A DNA stretch of 64,000 nt from an uncultured virus (IMG/VR IMGVR_UViG_3300021197_000193) (IMGVR_UViG_3300021197_000193:1-64000), one strand, 5' to 3'; positions 8,443-18,680 are shown, counted from the stretch's first letter. A program made the numbers and translations. The notes: generated from the letters alone by a model not told the origin.

Positions 8443-8473
8443 TACGTTATCGGTTAACAACCTGCGACGTATT

Positions 8474-9070
8474 ATGACACTGAATGTCACCCCAGAGCTA
8501 GGGATACCCCTAGAAGATGAGGTAAACCAAATACCTCTACCGGAGCGTGCAGCCGCACTGGACAAAACCGTTGACGAATTAGAAAAATACGGTGCGGACC
8601 TTGAACCTACCGAGGCAGACAAAGAAGTTGCAGCTACATTAGCCACCGCATATGCCCAAGACCCTGATAAAACGTCTAAAAAAGTTACCCACAAGCGCGC
8701 CGCGGTGCTAACACCTGCATCTGTGCGCCTGACACAGGGTATTATAGAAGAATTTAACCATTCTGTAGTGGAATCATCGAAGCAATTACGTAATCTGGTG
8801 ACTAACAAACTGGTCATCGAGTCCGAAAACCCTGATCCAAGGGTACGTATGCGTGCATTGGAGCTTCTAGGTAAGATATCCGACGTAGGGTTGTTCACTG
8901 AGAAGTCTGAAGTGACGATCACACACCAAACAACTGACGACATTAAAGAAAAACTACGTGGTAAACTTGCAAAACTTGTAAATCCACCGCCAGAAATAGA
9001 AGACGCTACTGTTATTGAAGAGCAAATGCTTGATACCGACGAAGAATTTGGGTTCGACGACGATGACTGA
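8474..9070 (+). CDS. Putative terminase small subunit
   Basis: Directly upstream of TerL; RMRALELLGK motif seen in many TerS proteins. Confidence 0.65.
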   Translation: MTLNVTPELGIPLEDEVNQIPLPERAAALDKTVDELEKYGADLEPTEADKEVAATLATAYAQDPDKTSKKVTHKRAAVLTPASVRLTQGIIEEFNHSVVESSKQLRNLVTNKLVIESENPDPRVRMRALELLGKISDVGLFTEKSEVTITHQTTDDIKEKLRGKLAKLVNPPPEIEDATVIEEQMLDTDEEFGFDDDD

Positions 9071-10613
9071 AGCGTTAGACTTCGACGAGGCCGATATTGA
9101 GGCTATGTTGGCTAATTTAGACGCGTTTAGTCCAGAAGAAGTAGCAGAAATTGATCGTATGGTAGATGAATTGCATAATCGTGCGGTAAATTCATCTGCG
9201 TATGACGACCTAATAGAGTTTTGTAAGCTGATGATGCCTGATTTTATTGTGGGCAAACACCATCGTATATTGGCTAACATGTTAATGGGTATTGAACGTG
9301 GGGAGAAAGACCGTGTTTGCGTAAATATACCCCCTAGACACGGTAAGTCTCAGCTTGTTTCTATATTCTACCCAGCGTGGTTTTTAGGTAGAAATCCGGG
9401 CAAAAAAGTTATGATGGTATCTCATACCACGGACTTAGCGGTGGATTTTGGACGTAAAGTGCGTAACTTGATCGCTACAGATCAATATCGTTCTATATTT
9501 CCTACAGTCCAACTGGCACAGGATAGTAAGTCAGCAGGACGTTGGAATACAAATGTAGGGGGCGAGTATTATGCGTGTGGTATTGGGTCTGCTCTTGCTG
9601 GTCGGGGCGCTGACCTCCTGCTCGTTGACGATCCCCATTCTGAACAAGACGTCATCAACGGGAACTTCGACGTGTTTGAAAAAGCCTACGAATGGTTCAC
9701 GTTCGGTGCCCGTACTCGTCTTATGCCGGGAGGTCGGGTAGCGATTATTCAAACGCGTTGGCACATGGATGATCTTACAGGGCGTGTTGTACGGGATATG
9801 ACCCAGAACGAACGTTCTGACCAGTATGAGGTTGTAGAATTTCCTGCAATATTGGAGGTTATGAATAAGAAAACAAAGAAAGAGGTACAGAAACCGCTGT
9901 GGCCTGAGTTCTTTGACCTTAATGCGTTACTGCGTACCAAGGCGTCTATGCCTACGTTCCAGTGGAACGCCCAGTATCAGCAACAACCTACCGCGGAAGA
10001 AGCCGCCATCGTCAAGCGAGAATGGTGGCAGGAATGGACTTCCGAGCGGCCTCCTACCTGTGAATATGTTATCATGTCGTTGGATGCCGCAGCCGAGAAA
10101 CATAACCGCGCAGACTATACAGCGCTTACTACATGGGGTGTTTTCTTGAACGAAGATACCTCTGCGTACAATATTATATTGTTAAATAGCATAAAACAGC
10201 GTATGGAGTTTCCAGAGCTTAAGCAGCTTGCCATGGACGAATACATGGACTGGGAACCGGATTCGTTCATAGTGGAGAAGAAAAGTTCTGGGGTGGCCCT
10301 GTATCAAGAGATGCGGCGTATGGGGTTGCCTATATCAGAGTACACCCCACACAGGGGATCAGGGGACAAGACAGCACGTCTTAACTCTGTAGCAGACATA
10401 ATTGCATCCGAGCTTGTGTGGGTGCCGCAGACACGATGGGCAGAAGAAGTTGTCGAAGAGATTGCAGGATTCCCGTTTATGAGTAATGATGACCTTGTAG
10501 ATTCGACAGTAATGGCCTTAATGCGTTTCAGGCAAGGTGGGTTTATAAGACTGCCCACCGACGAACCAGAAGAGCAACGGTACTGGAAGCGGCGTAGTGG
10601 CGGATATTATTAA
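9063..10613 (+). CDS. terL: Terminase large subunit
   Basis: Walker A PPRHGKS, Walker B LLLVDDP, IQTRWH, nuclease SLDAA...ADYTA and NDDLVDS; start at MTEALD (9063). Confidence 0.95.
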   Translation: MTEALDFDEADIEAMLANLDAFSPEEVAEIDRMVDELHNRAVNSSAYDDLIEFCKLMMPDFIVGKHHRILANMLMGIERGEKDRVCVNIPPRHGKSQLVSIFYPAWFLGRNPGKKVMMVSHTTDLAVDFGRKVRNLIATDQYRSIFPTVQLAQDSKSAGRWNTNVGGEYYACGIGSALAGRGADLLLVDDPHSEQDVINGNFDVFEKAYEWFTFGARTRLMPGGRVAIIQTRWHMDDLTGRVVRDMTQNERSDQYEVVEFPAILEVMNKKTKKEVQKPLWPEFFDLNALLRTKASMPTFQWNAQYQQQPTAEEAAIVKREWWQEWTSERPPTCEYVIMSLDAAAEKHNRADYTALTTWGVFLNEDTSAYNIILLNSIKQRMEFPELKQLAMDEYMDWEPDSFIVEKKSSGVALYQEMRRMGLPISEYTPHRGSGDKTARLNSVADIIASELVWVPQTRWAEEVVEEIAGFPFMSNDDLVDSTVMALMRFRQGGFIRLPTDEPEEQRYWKRRSGGYY

Positions 10614-10623
10614 GAGGTAAGTT

Positions 10624-13101
10624 ATGGCTATCGAAAAAGGATTATATTCTGCCCCGCTTGGGTTGGACGACAGTATCTCCGACATGGAAGAAATGGAAGT
10701 GCCCGATCTGGAGATTGAAATTGTAGACCCAGAGGCTGTAACCCTATCCGATGGGGGTATGGAGATAACCTTAATTCCCGGCACCGAAGCAGATTTTACC
10801 GAGTTTGGTATGAATTTGGCAGAAGTGTTGGACGAAAGCCACCTTAACGAGCTGTCAGACGAGCTTATGGGCCAAGTGCAATCAGATACGGACAGCCGCA
10901 AAGACTGGGCGGACACGTTTGTTAAAGGTCTGGACGTACTGGGGTTTAAATATGAAGAACGTACTGACCCTTGGGAAGGAGCTTGTGGCGTTTATTCTAC
11001 GGTACTTGCTGAAGCGGCTATTAGATTCCAAGCCGAAACTATGTCTGAGACTTTTCCCGCCGCGGGGCCAGTAAAGACTAAAATCCTTGGCGAAGAGACT
11101 AAAGACAAAGAAGAAGCCGCCGCACGGGTCAAAGCGGATATGAACTACGAGCTTACCGAGCGTATGGTGGAGTATAGGCCCGAGCACGAACGTATGCTGT
11201 ATAGCCTTGGGTTAGCGGGTTCGGCGTTTAAGAAGGTGTATTTTGACCCTAATCTGGGCAGACAAGCCGCTATTTATATATCCGCAGAAGACGTGATTGT
11301 ACCCTATGGGGCGTCTAACATAGAGTCCGCGGAACGTGTTACGCACATTATGCGTAAAACAAAGAATGATCTGAAGAAACTACAGGCCGCTGGGTTCTAC
11401 CGTGATGTGGAGCTAGGTGACCCTGAAGCGTTTCATACTGACATAGAAGAGAAAAAAGCTGAAGAAGGCGGGTATTCGTTAAGCAACGATGACCGCTATG
11501 CTGTGTATGAAATCCATGCTGACCTTCTTATTGAAGGTGTCGATGACGACGATGATATTGCTCGACCATACGTTGTCACTATTGAGCGTGGAAGCGGCGA
11601 AGTGCTGGCGATCCGTAGAAACTACGAGGAGGGAGACCCATTAACCCTCAAACGCCAGCACTTCGTCCACTACGTATATGTACCGGGATTCGGGTTCTAC
11701 GGACTCGGCCTCATACATATTATCGGTGGTTACGCTAAAGCAGGGACTTCCTTGATACGTCAGCTTGTTGACGCTGGTACGCTCTCCAACCTCCCGGGAG
11801 GGTTAAAGTCCCGTGGACTACGTATCAAGGGAGACGATACACCGATTGAACCGGGTGAGTTTAAAGACGTAGACGTACCGTCTGGTAGCATCCGTGACAA
11901 TATTATGCCGTTACCGTACAAAGAGCCTAGCCAGACTCTTCTCGCCCTGTTGAACCAGATTACGACTGAAGGTCGTAGATTGGGCGCGATTAGCGATATG
12001 GATATCTCAGATATGTCCGCTAACGCTCCAGTGGGTACTACACTGGCACTACTAGAACGTACGTTGAAGCCTATGGCCGCAGTACAGGCGCGTGTACACT
12101 ACGCTATGAAGCAGGAATTTAAGCTGCTGAAGGCTATTATGGCGGAATATGCGCCCGCAGAGTACGCGTACGAGCCGCTGAGAGGCGAAGTGACCGCCAA
12201 GCAGGCTGACTACATGATGGTTGATGTGATCCCTGTAAGCGATCCTAACAACTCTACGATGGCACAACGCGTAGTACAGTACCAAACTGTACTGCAGATG
12301 TCCGAAAAAGCCCCACAGATATACGACCTGCCGCAACTACACAGGCAGATGATAGAAGTATTGGGGGTTAAAAACGCGGATAAACTGGTCCCTACAAAAG
12401 ACGATGCGAAGCCTACAGACCCAATAAGCGAGAATATGGACGCGTTGATTGGCAAACCGATGAAAGCGTTCATCTATCAGGATCACGAAGCGCATATTGC
12501 GACCCACGTATCGTTCATGCAAGACCCTATGATGGCCCAGATGATCGGGCAGAACCCACAGGCAAAACAGATTATGGCGTCTCTGCAGGCGCATATTGCC
12601 GAACACCTTGGTTTCTCTTACCGCAAAAAGATCGAAGAGAAGCTAGGCGCGCCGCTACCTGCACCGAACGAAGAACTACCAGAAGATATGGAAGTACAAC
12701 TGTCCCGTCTAGTCGCAGATGCAGGCAAGCAGCTTACACAAGCAAACCAACAACAGGCAGCGCAGCAGAAAGCGCAGCAACAACAGCAAGACCCAATCAT
12801 CCAAATGAAGCAGGCAGAACTGCAGATCAAACAGGCAGAGCAGCAGCGTAAAGCCGCGAACGACCAAGCGGATGCCCAGATCAAGCAAGCAGAAGTACAG
12901 CTTAAACAACAAAAAATGATGATTGATGCGAAGATTGCGTCTGAACAGATCAATGTAGATAAGGCCGAGTTGGCTATAGACGCGAAACGGCAAGGCGTAA
13001 AAGATGCCACAGCTAAACGTGTAGAAGACAACAAGATCGACTTGGAGCTGGCCAAATTAGTCCAGTCGGCTAAAAATGTACAACCTAAAAAGGAGAGTTA
13101 A
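10624..13101 (+). CDS. Portal protein
   Basis: 825 aa following TerL; Gln-rich coiled-coil C-terminus like P22-type portal barrels. Confidence 0.85.
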   Translation: MAIEKGLYSAPLGLDDSISDMEEMEVPDLEIEIVDPEAVTLSDGGMEITLIPGTEADFTEFGMNLAEVLDESHLNELSDELMGQVQSDTDSRKDWADTFVKGLDVLGFKYEERTDPWEGACGVYSTVLAEAAIRFQAETMSETFPAAGPVKTKILGEETKDKEEAAARVKADMNYELTERMVEYRPEHERMLYSLGLAGSAFKKVYFDPNLGRQAAIYISAEDVIVPYGASNIESAERVTHIMRKTKNDLKKLQAAGFYRDVELGDPEAFHTDIEEKKAEEGGYSLSNDDRYAVYEIHADLLIEGVDDDDDIARPYVVTIERGSGEVLAIRRNYEEGDPLTLKRQHFVHYVYVPGFGFYGLGLIHIIGGYAKAGTSLIRQLVDAGTLSNLPGGLKSRGLRIKGDDTPIEPGEFKDVDVPSGSIRDNIMPLPYKEPSQTLLALLNQITTEGRRLGAISDMDISDMSANAPVGTTLALLERTLKPMAAVQARVHYAMKQEFKLLKAIMAEYAPAEYAYEPLRGEVTAKQADYMMVDVIPVSDPNNSTMAQRVVQYQTVLQMSEKAPQIYDLPQLHRQMIEVLGVKNADKLVPTKDDAKPTDPISENMDALIGKPMKAFIYQDHEAHIATHVSFMQDPMMAQMIGQNPQAKQIMASLQAHIAEHLGFSYRKKIEEKLGAPLPAPNEELPEDMEVQLSRLVADAGKQLTQANQQQAAQQKAQQQQQDPIIQMKQAELQIKQAEQQRKAANDQADAQIKQAEVQLKQQKMMIDAKIASEQINVDKAELAIDAKRQGVKDATAKRVEDNKIDLELAKLVQSAKNVQPKKES

Positions 13102-13107
13102 CGCCTC

Positions 13108-13305
13108 ATGGCTAAAACCGTCTTTGACGTGCTGAAAGATAGAATCAACGACGATATATCGTCTGCACAGAGTTTCCTAGCTGCGGGTTCGCCCAAAGAA
13201 TACGCAAGTTACAGGGAAGTTGTTGGCTTAATTCGGGGTCTCGAAGCCAGCAAATCGTATGTAGAAGACCTCTCGCGTAATTATATGGAAGACGATAATG
13301 ACTGA
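13108..13305 (+). CDS. Hypothetical protein
   Basis: ORF track with AGGAG RBS; sits between portal and co-chaperonin. Confidence 0.7.
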   Translation: MAKTVFDVLKDRINDDISSAQSFLAAGSPKEYASYREVVGLIRGLEASKSYVEDLSRNYMEDDND

Positions 13306-13672
13306 AGCAGCAGTTAAGATCAGCGAAGCTGAATTTGAACTACAATTACCAAAACCTGTGGGATATCGTGTGTTAATCGCGCTACCCCAGCCAGAAGAAA
13401 CTATTGCGGGTACGTCTATTATTAAGACAGATACCGCAAAAACGCAGGATCATATTATGTCTATCATTGGGTTAGTGGTAGATATAGGCGATCAAGCGTA
13501 TAATGACGAGGAACGTTTTCCTACGGGACCGTGGTGTCAGGTAGGCGATTACGTCATGTTTCGCATGAACTCGGGTACGCGCTTCACTATTGAAGGCGTT
13601 GAATATCGGCTTATGAACGACGATTCTATTGAAGCCGTTGTAGCTGATCCATCAGGCATACAAAGGGCGTAA
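13298..13672 (+). CDS. groES: GroES/Cpn10-like co-chaperonin
   Basis: KPVGYRVLI, GLVVDIG, QVGDYVMF, GTRFTIEGVEYRLMNDDSIEAVV follow the Cpn10 pattern. Confidence 0.85.
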   Translation: MTEAAVKISEAEFELQLPKPVGYRVLIALPQPEETIAGTSIIKTDTAKTQDHIMSIIGLVVDIGDQAYNDEERFPTGPWCQVGDYVMFRMNSGTRFTIEGVEYRLMNDDSIEAVVADPSGIQRA

Positions 13673-13674
13673 TC

Positions 13675-14700
13675 ATGGCTTTTCAAAAAGTAGAATTTGA
13701 GTTTCCAGATGAAACTGATGAAGCGATTGCCATCGAAGATACTGGAGCTGTTGAAATTGATGTTACAGGTAAAAAAACTGCTGAAGACTTTGCGGATGAA
13801 TCCAGACCTGAAGCTGAAGCTGAAAGTGAAGTGGATACTACAGACAACGACGTGGAAGTTGAAGTGGTTGACGATACGCCGAAAGCTGACAGGAACCGCA
13901 AGGCTTCGGAACCTCCAACAGATGTTACCGACGAAGAATTGGAAGACTATTCGGACAAAGTTCGCAAGCGCATCCAGCACTTCAGCAAAGGTTACCACGA
14001 CGAACGCAGGGCAAAAGAAGAAGCCTTACGTCAAAGCCAAGAGCTGGAGCGCGTCACTAAGCAGCTTATGGACGAGAACCAGAAGTTAAAGGGCAGTGTC
14101 TCTAAGAATCAAGCGGCTTTACTTGAGCAAGCCAAAAAGAATGCCGCGATTGAAGCAGAAACCGCAAAAACAGCCTATAAAGCAGCGTATGAGTCCGGGG
14201 ACTCAGATGCGGTGCTCGCAGCGCAAGAAAGTTTAACATCTGCTAAGTTAAAGGCTGATAGGCTAGCAAACTTTAAATTACCTGCTTTACAGGCTACCGA
14301 AACTCCTGTACAACCAGAACCAGAACCCGCTCCGGCAGTACAAGTCGATGAACGGGCCGCAAACTGGCAGCAAGCCAATTCGTGGTTCGGCAACGACGAT
14401 GAAATGACAAGTTTAGCGCTGGGGCTGCATAATAAACTTGTCAAACAGGGCGTAAGCCCGCAAAGTGATGAATACTACGAGACTATAGATTCTCGTATGC
14501 GTCAGGTCTTCCCAGATAACTTTGAGGAGGCTGAACCACAGCGAAAGAAGACTTCAGTGGTCGCCCCCGCTACGCGGAGCACTGCACCTAAAAAGGTGAA
14601 ACTGTCCAAAACTCAAGTTCAAATCGCTAAACGGTTGGGGTTAACGCCGCAACAATACGCCAAACAGGTTGCAATAGATATGAGGAAACAAGATGGCTGA
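13675..14700 (+). CDS. Putative capsid scaffolding protein
   Basis: Acidic N-terminus, coiled coil, basic C-terminus; upstream of capsid genes. Confidence 0.7.
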   Translation: MAFQKVEFEFPDETDEAIAIEDTGAVEIDVTGKKTAEDFADESRPEAEAESEVDTTDNDVEVEVVDDTPKADRNRKASEPPTDVTDEELEDYSDKVRKRIQHFSKGYHDERRAKEEALRQSQELERVTKQLMDENQKLKGSVSKNQAALLEQAKKNAAIEAETAKTAYKAAYESGDSDAVLAAQESLTSAKLKADRLANFKLPALQATETPVQPEPEPAPAVQVDERAANWQQANSWFGNDDEMTSLALGLHNKLVKQGVSPQSDEYYETIDSRMRQVFPDNFEEAEPQRKKTSVVAPATRSTAPKKVKLSKTQVQIAKRLGLTPQQYAKQVAIDMRKQDG

Positions 14701-15142
14701 AAACCGTATAGACCGTGAATTAAAGACACGAGAACGTACCGTTCGTAAAAAGGCTTGGACGCGCCCAGAGGTGTTACCATCTCCAAATCCCCAGCCGGGT
14801 TACGAATTTCATTGGGTCCGCGTGAGCACGCAAGGACAAGTGGACGCCACTAACGTTTCTTCAAAACTTCGTGAAGGTTGGGAGCCTGTAAAGGCAACAG
14901 ACCATCCAGAGATTACCATGGTTGCGATTGAACAAGATCGTTTCAAAGACAACGTGGTTATTGGTGGATTGATGTTGTGTAAGGCTCCAGTAGAGTTGGT
15001 AGAGGAACGGAATGAATACTATTCAGGCCAAGCCAAAGCCCAAATGAACTCTGTAGACAACAACCTTATGAGAGAAAGTGACCCGCGTATGCCTATCTTC
15101 AATGATAGAAAAACGAATGTCACTTTTGGTAAAGGAACTTAA
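14693..15142 (+). CDS. Conserved head-module hypothetical protein
   Basis: ORF track; position between scaffold and capsid. Confidence 0.7.
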   Translation: MAENRIDRELKTRERTVRKKAWTRPEVLPSPNPQPGYEFHWVRVSTQGQVDATNVSSKLREGWEPVKATDHPEITMVAIEQDRFKDNVVIGGLMLCKAPVELVEERNEYYSGQAKAQMNSVDNNLMRESDPRMPIFNDRKTNVTFGKGT

Positions 15143-15157
15143 TCTTAGGAGCTTAAT

Positions 15158-15757
15158 ATGGCTTATCCTACCGTGGACGCCCCCTATGGGCTGAAACCGA
15201 TCAATTTGATCGGGGGTCAGGTTTTTGCTGGGGCAACTCGACAAATCCCTGTCGCTTCAGGTTATAACACAAATATCCTTAACGGAGACCTTGTGAAACT
15301 TGTAGCTTCTGGCACACTTGAAAAAGATGCTGGAACCGCAACTGCTACACCCGTGGGTGTATTTCTTGGCTGTCGTTATACAGACCCTAACTTGGGTTAT
15401 GAATTGTATAGCCAGCATTATCCTGCAAACACTGTAGCAAGTGACATCGTTGCTTATGTAGCAGACGATCCTGACCAGCTTTATAAAGTTGCCGTTGTGT
15501 CTGGCACAACTGTAATTGCTGGTGTAGGTCGCACTGCTGTAGGTAACAACGTCTCACTTGTTCAAAACGCAGGTTCCACCGCAACTGGGAACTCGAAGGT
15601 CGCTGTACTTTCGACTTCAGCAGCCACTACGAACACTTTGCCAATTCGCGTCATTGACGTGGTGGCCGAGACAGCAACCGCTGCAGACACATATGTCGAG
15701 CTGGTTGTTAAGTTCAACTTTGGTATGCACCAGTATCAACGCGCACTTGGCGTATAA
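15158..15757 (+). CDS. Putative capsid decoration/cement protein
   Basis: Beta-rich 199 aa immediately upstream of the major capsid gene; AGGAG RBS. Confidence 0.6.
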   Translation: MAYPTVDAPYGLKPINLIGGQVFAGATRQIPVASGYNTNILNGDLVKLVASGTLEKDAGTATATPVGVFLGCRYTDPNLGYELYSQHYPANTVASDIVAYVADDPDQLYKVAVVSGTTVIAGVGRTAVGNNVSLVQNAGSTATGNSKVAVLSTSAATTNTLPIRVIDVVAETATAADTYVELVVKFNFGMHQYQRALGV

Positions 15758-15769
15758 GGAGATTAACTA

Positions 15770-16675
15770 ATGGCTATTTCACGCGCCCAGCTACTTAAAG
15801 AGCTGCTCCCCGGCCTAAACGCCTTGTTTGGTCTGGAATACGCAAAGTACGGTGAAGAACACGCTGAAATCTACGAAACCGAATCATCAGATCGGTCTTT
15901 TGAAGAAGAAACCAAATTATCCGGTTTTTCAGCGGCACCTGTCAAAGACGAAGGTTCTGCCATTGAGTATGACAACGCTCAAGAAGCATGGACCGCACGC
16001 TACACACACGAAACAGTGGCAATGGGTTTCTCAATCACTGAGGAAGCTATTGAAGATAACTTGTATGACTCATTGTCAGCACGTTATACTAAAGCACTTG
16101 CTCGTGCGATGGCGTACACCAAACAAGTTAAAGCTGCGGCCATCCTAAACGGTGGTTTTGCAGGTACAACTTATGGTGACGGACAGACGTTGTTCTCCAC
16201 TGCGCATCCGCTTATTTCTGGCGGCACAAACTCAAACCGTCCTACTGTTGCAGCGGACCTTAACGAAACTTCTTTGGAAGCGGCTGTTATTGGTATCGCG
16301 GCATGGACAGACGAACGTAGTTTGTTGATTGCAGCGCAACCACGTAAATTGATTATCCCACCTGCCCTGCAATTTGTTGCTACGCGCTTGTTGGATACCG
16401 ATGGACGTGTTGGCACTGCAGATAATGATATTAACGCATTGCGTAACAATGGGTCTATCCCAGAAGGTTATGCAGTCAATCATTATCTAACTGACAGCAA
16501 CGCTTGGTTCTTGACCACAGACATTCCAAACGGTCTGAAACACTTTACACGTAGCCCAATGTCTACTTCTATGGATGCAGACTTTGATACGGGTAACAGT
16601 CGTTATAAAGCCCGTGAGCGTTATTCGTTTGGTGTATCCGATCCCTTGGGTATTTACGGTTCCCCCGGAGCCTAA
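15770..16675 (+). CDS. Major capsid protein
   Basis: 301 aa, strong RBS (AAGGAG), followed by terminator; HK97-type features (EGSAIEYD, LIIPPAL, ARERYSFG). Confidence 0.85.
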   Translation: MAISRAQLLKELLPGLNALFGLEYAKYGEEHAEIYETESSDRSFEEETKLSGFSAAPVKDEGSAIEYDNAQEAWTARYTHETVAMGFSITEEAIEDNLYDSLSARYTKALARAMAYTKQVKAAAILNGGFAGTTYGDGQTLFSTAHPLISGGTNSNRPTVAADLNETSLEAAVIGIAAWTDERSLLIAAQPRKLIIPPALQFVATRLLDTDGRVGTADNDINALRNNGSIPEGYAVNHYLTDSNAWFLTTDIPNGLKHFTRSPMSTSMDADFDTGNSRYKARERYSFGVSDPLGIYGSPGA

Positions 16676-16697
16676 AACATTCCAAACAAATAAAATT

Positions 16698-16727
16698 AGG
16701 GGCAGCTTCGGTTGCCCCTTTCTTTTT
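16698..16727 (+). terminator. Rho-independent terminator after capsid gene
   Basis: AGGGGCAGC-TTCG-GTTGCCCCT followed by TTCTTTTT. Confidence 0.85.
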
Positions 16728-16736
16728 GGTTCTTTC

Positions 16737-16746
16737 TGTGTATAAT
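16737..16746 (+). promoter_or_regulatory. Extended -10 promoter
   Basis: TGTGTATAAT immediately after the terminator. Confidence 0.55.
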
Positions 16747-16802
16747 ATGTTTATCCCTGACAGCTACGTGGTGTAGCTGACCAACCCAGACAGGAGATCG
16801 AC

Positions 16803-17273
16803 ATGGGTACAACTACTTTTTCCGGTCCTATTCGGGCAGGCAACATCCGTAACACTAATGGCACTACCGTAGGCTCTGATGTAGCCAATGTAGGATATGT
16901 TGTTATGGCTCAAGCGCACACAGCAGACCTATCAGGCGGCGCACTTACAGCTTCTGTTACAAACATTGTTATTCCAGCTAACTCCAAAATCGTAAACATT
17001 GTGGTCGATATGGAGACAGCAGCTAATGCAACTTCAAATATTAGCGTTGGACAACAAGGCGGTAACAACAATACGTTCATCAACGCGCTTGCTTCGGGTA
17101 CAACTGCGGGGCTAAAAACTATCACGACCCAAGGTGGTGGTACATTGGCGTGGAAAAACACAGGCACATCCGACCTTCGTTTGACTGTTACCACAAGCGC
17201 AGCAACTAACGCAGGTTCTGCCGTAATCACTGTAATGTATTGCCAAGCGTTTAATACAGCAGTCCAACCGTAA
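16803..17273 (+). CDS. Putative virion structural protein
   Basis: Beta-rich, follows capsid gene; AGGAG RBS. Confidence 0.65.
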   Translation: MGTTTFSGPIRAGNIRNTNGTTVGSDVANVGYVVMAQAHTADLSGGALTASVTNIVIPANSKIVNIVVDMETAANATSNISVGQQGGNNNTFINALASGTTAGLKTITTQGGGTLAWKNTGTSDLRLTVTTSAATNAGSAVITVMYCQAFNTAVQP

Positions 17274-17285
17274 AGAGGTGCTACT

Positions 17286-17570
17286 ATGGCTGCTAATTTA
17301 GTACGCGCATTTAATGTTGCACAAGGTGACGCCGCTGCACTTGTTGGACCTAGCCGTTCTCGTATTTTAGGGGTGTTGGTTAATGCCGCTGCCGCTTGTG
17401 CGTTTACACTACGTGACGGTAGCGCCACTGGTACTATTCTTCTGGACCTTACGTTGCCTGTAGGGTGGAATGATGTGTACATCCCCGCAGACGGTATTTT
17501 GGCCGAGAACGGTTGTTATGTAGCCGCGCTTACAGGTTCAAACAACAAGATAACTATTCTGTTGGAGTAG
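17286..17570 (+). CDS. Hypothetical virion protein
   Basis: ORF track, GAGG RBS. Confidence 0.65.
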   Translation: MAANLVRAFNVAQGDAAALVGPSRSRILGVLVNAAAACAFTLRDGSATGTILLDLTLPVGWNDVYIPADGILAENGCYVAALTGSNNKITILLE

Positions 17571-17573
17571 GCT

Positions 17574-17882
17574 ATGCGGGCATATTACAAAAAAGGTGGG
17601 GGCGTAAAATCTCCCGCTTGGACCCGCAAAGAAGGCAAAAGTGAATCTGGTGGCCTAAACGCTAAGGGAGTTGCTAGTTATCGTAAAGCAAACCCCGGCA
17701 GTAAGTTAAAAACTGCGGTTACTACTAAGCCTAGCAAACTTAAAAAAGGGTCTAAAGCTGCCAATCGGCGGAAGTCTTTCTGCGCACGCATGAAGGGCAT
17801 GAAGAAGCGCAACACAAGCTCAAAGACGGCTAACGACCCTAACAGCCGTATTAACAAGAGCTTACGAAAGTGGAACTGTTAA
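17574..17882 (+). CDS. Small basic protein (DUF6321-like)
   Basis: AWTRKEGK...RRKSFCARM...SLRKWNC; highly K/R-rich. Confidence 0.65.
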   Translation: MRAYYKKGGGVKSPAWTRKEGKSESGGLNAKGVASYRKANPGSKLKTAVTTKPSKLKKGSKAANRRKSFCARMKGMKKRNTSSKTANDPNSRINKSLRKWNC

Positions 17883-17884
17883 CA

Positions 17885-18223
17885 ATGGATAGGACTAATA
17901 TGGAAAGTTCATTACGCCCAAAGGCCCGCCCTAAGTCTCTGACTAAGAAAAAGAAGAAATTAGCGCCGTCTATGAGCCTTCGCCCTAAAAAACGCCCTGA
18001 AGGACAACCTATAAAGCAGCGTATGAGTCCGGGGACTATGCCAACAATGGAAGAAGGCGCAGCTATTGAACGTGGCAACCGCGCGGCACAGCGTGAAGCG
18101 TACGATCAGCGCACGTTAGCGGGAGGCATGGCGCATGGCGGTAAAGTCAAAAAGATGATGGGTGGAGGCAAGATTCGCGGTTACGGTATGGCTCGTGGCG
18201 GTAAAGTTTGTAAGATGCGTTAA
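17885..18223 (+). CDS. Small basic protein with SLRPKARP and MAxGG motifs
   Basis: ORF track (start refined to 17885). Confidence 0.65.
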   Translation: MDRTNMESSLRPKARPKSLTKKKKKLAPSMSLRPKKRPEGQPIKQRMSPGTMPTMEEGAAIERGNRAAQREAYDQRTLAGGMAHGGKVKKMMGGGKIRGYGMARGGKVCKMR

Positions 18224-18402
18224 TGCGTAGGTACTACAAATCCGGTGGTTGTGGCTGTTCTTCTCGTAGCAAAGGTTACAAGAAGGGCGGCTCTGTTAAG
18301 GATGCGTGTTACCGCAAAGTAAAGGCAAGCTATAAGGTGTTCCCGAGCGCGTATGCAAGTGGGGCCATTGCAAAATGTAGAAAGAAGAAGGCGGGCAAGT
18401 AA
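18223..18402 (+). CDS. Small basic protein (59 aa)
   Basis: Read by eye: MRRYYKSGG...FPSAYASGAIAKCRKKKAGK*; TAATG coupling at both ends. Confidence 0.7.
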   Translation: MRRYYKSGGCGCSSRSKGYKKGGSVKDACYRKVKASYKVFPSAYASGAIAKCRKKKAGK

Positions 18403-18680
18403 TGGCTGTTCGCAAGACCGCAAAAGGCGCAGCACTAAAACGCTGGTTCAAGGAGGACTGGAAGGATGTTAAGACGGGTAAGCCATGCGGTCGTAAAAAA
18501 GGTGAAAGCCGTGGTACGCCGTATTGTAGACCATCTAAACGAATTTCTAGCAAAACTCCAAAAACTAGCGGGGAAATGACGAAAACAGAAAAAAGCAAAC
18601 GTATAGCGCAGAAAAAACGTTTGGGGCAACCCGCAGGTAAACCTAAACGCGTAGCACCGTTAAAAAGGCGTAAGAAATGA
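18402..18680 (+). CDS. Small basic protein (DUF5872-like)
   Basis: LKRWFKEDWKDVKTGKPCGR...PYCRP motif. Confidence 0.65.
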   Translation: MAVRKTAKGAALKRWFKEDWKDVKTGKPCGRKKGESRGTPYCRPSKRISSKTPKTSGEMTKTEKSKRIAQKKRLGQPAGKPKRVAPLKRRKK

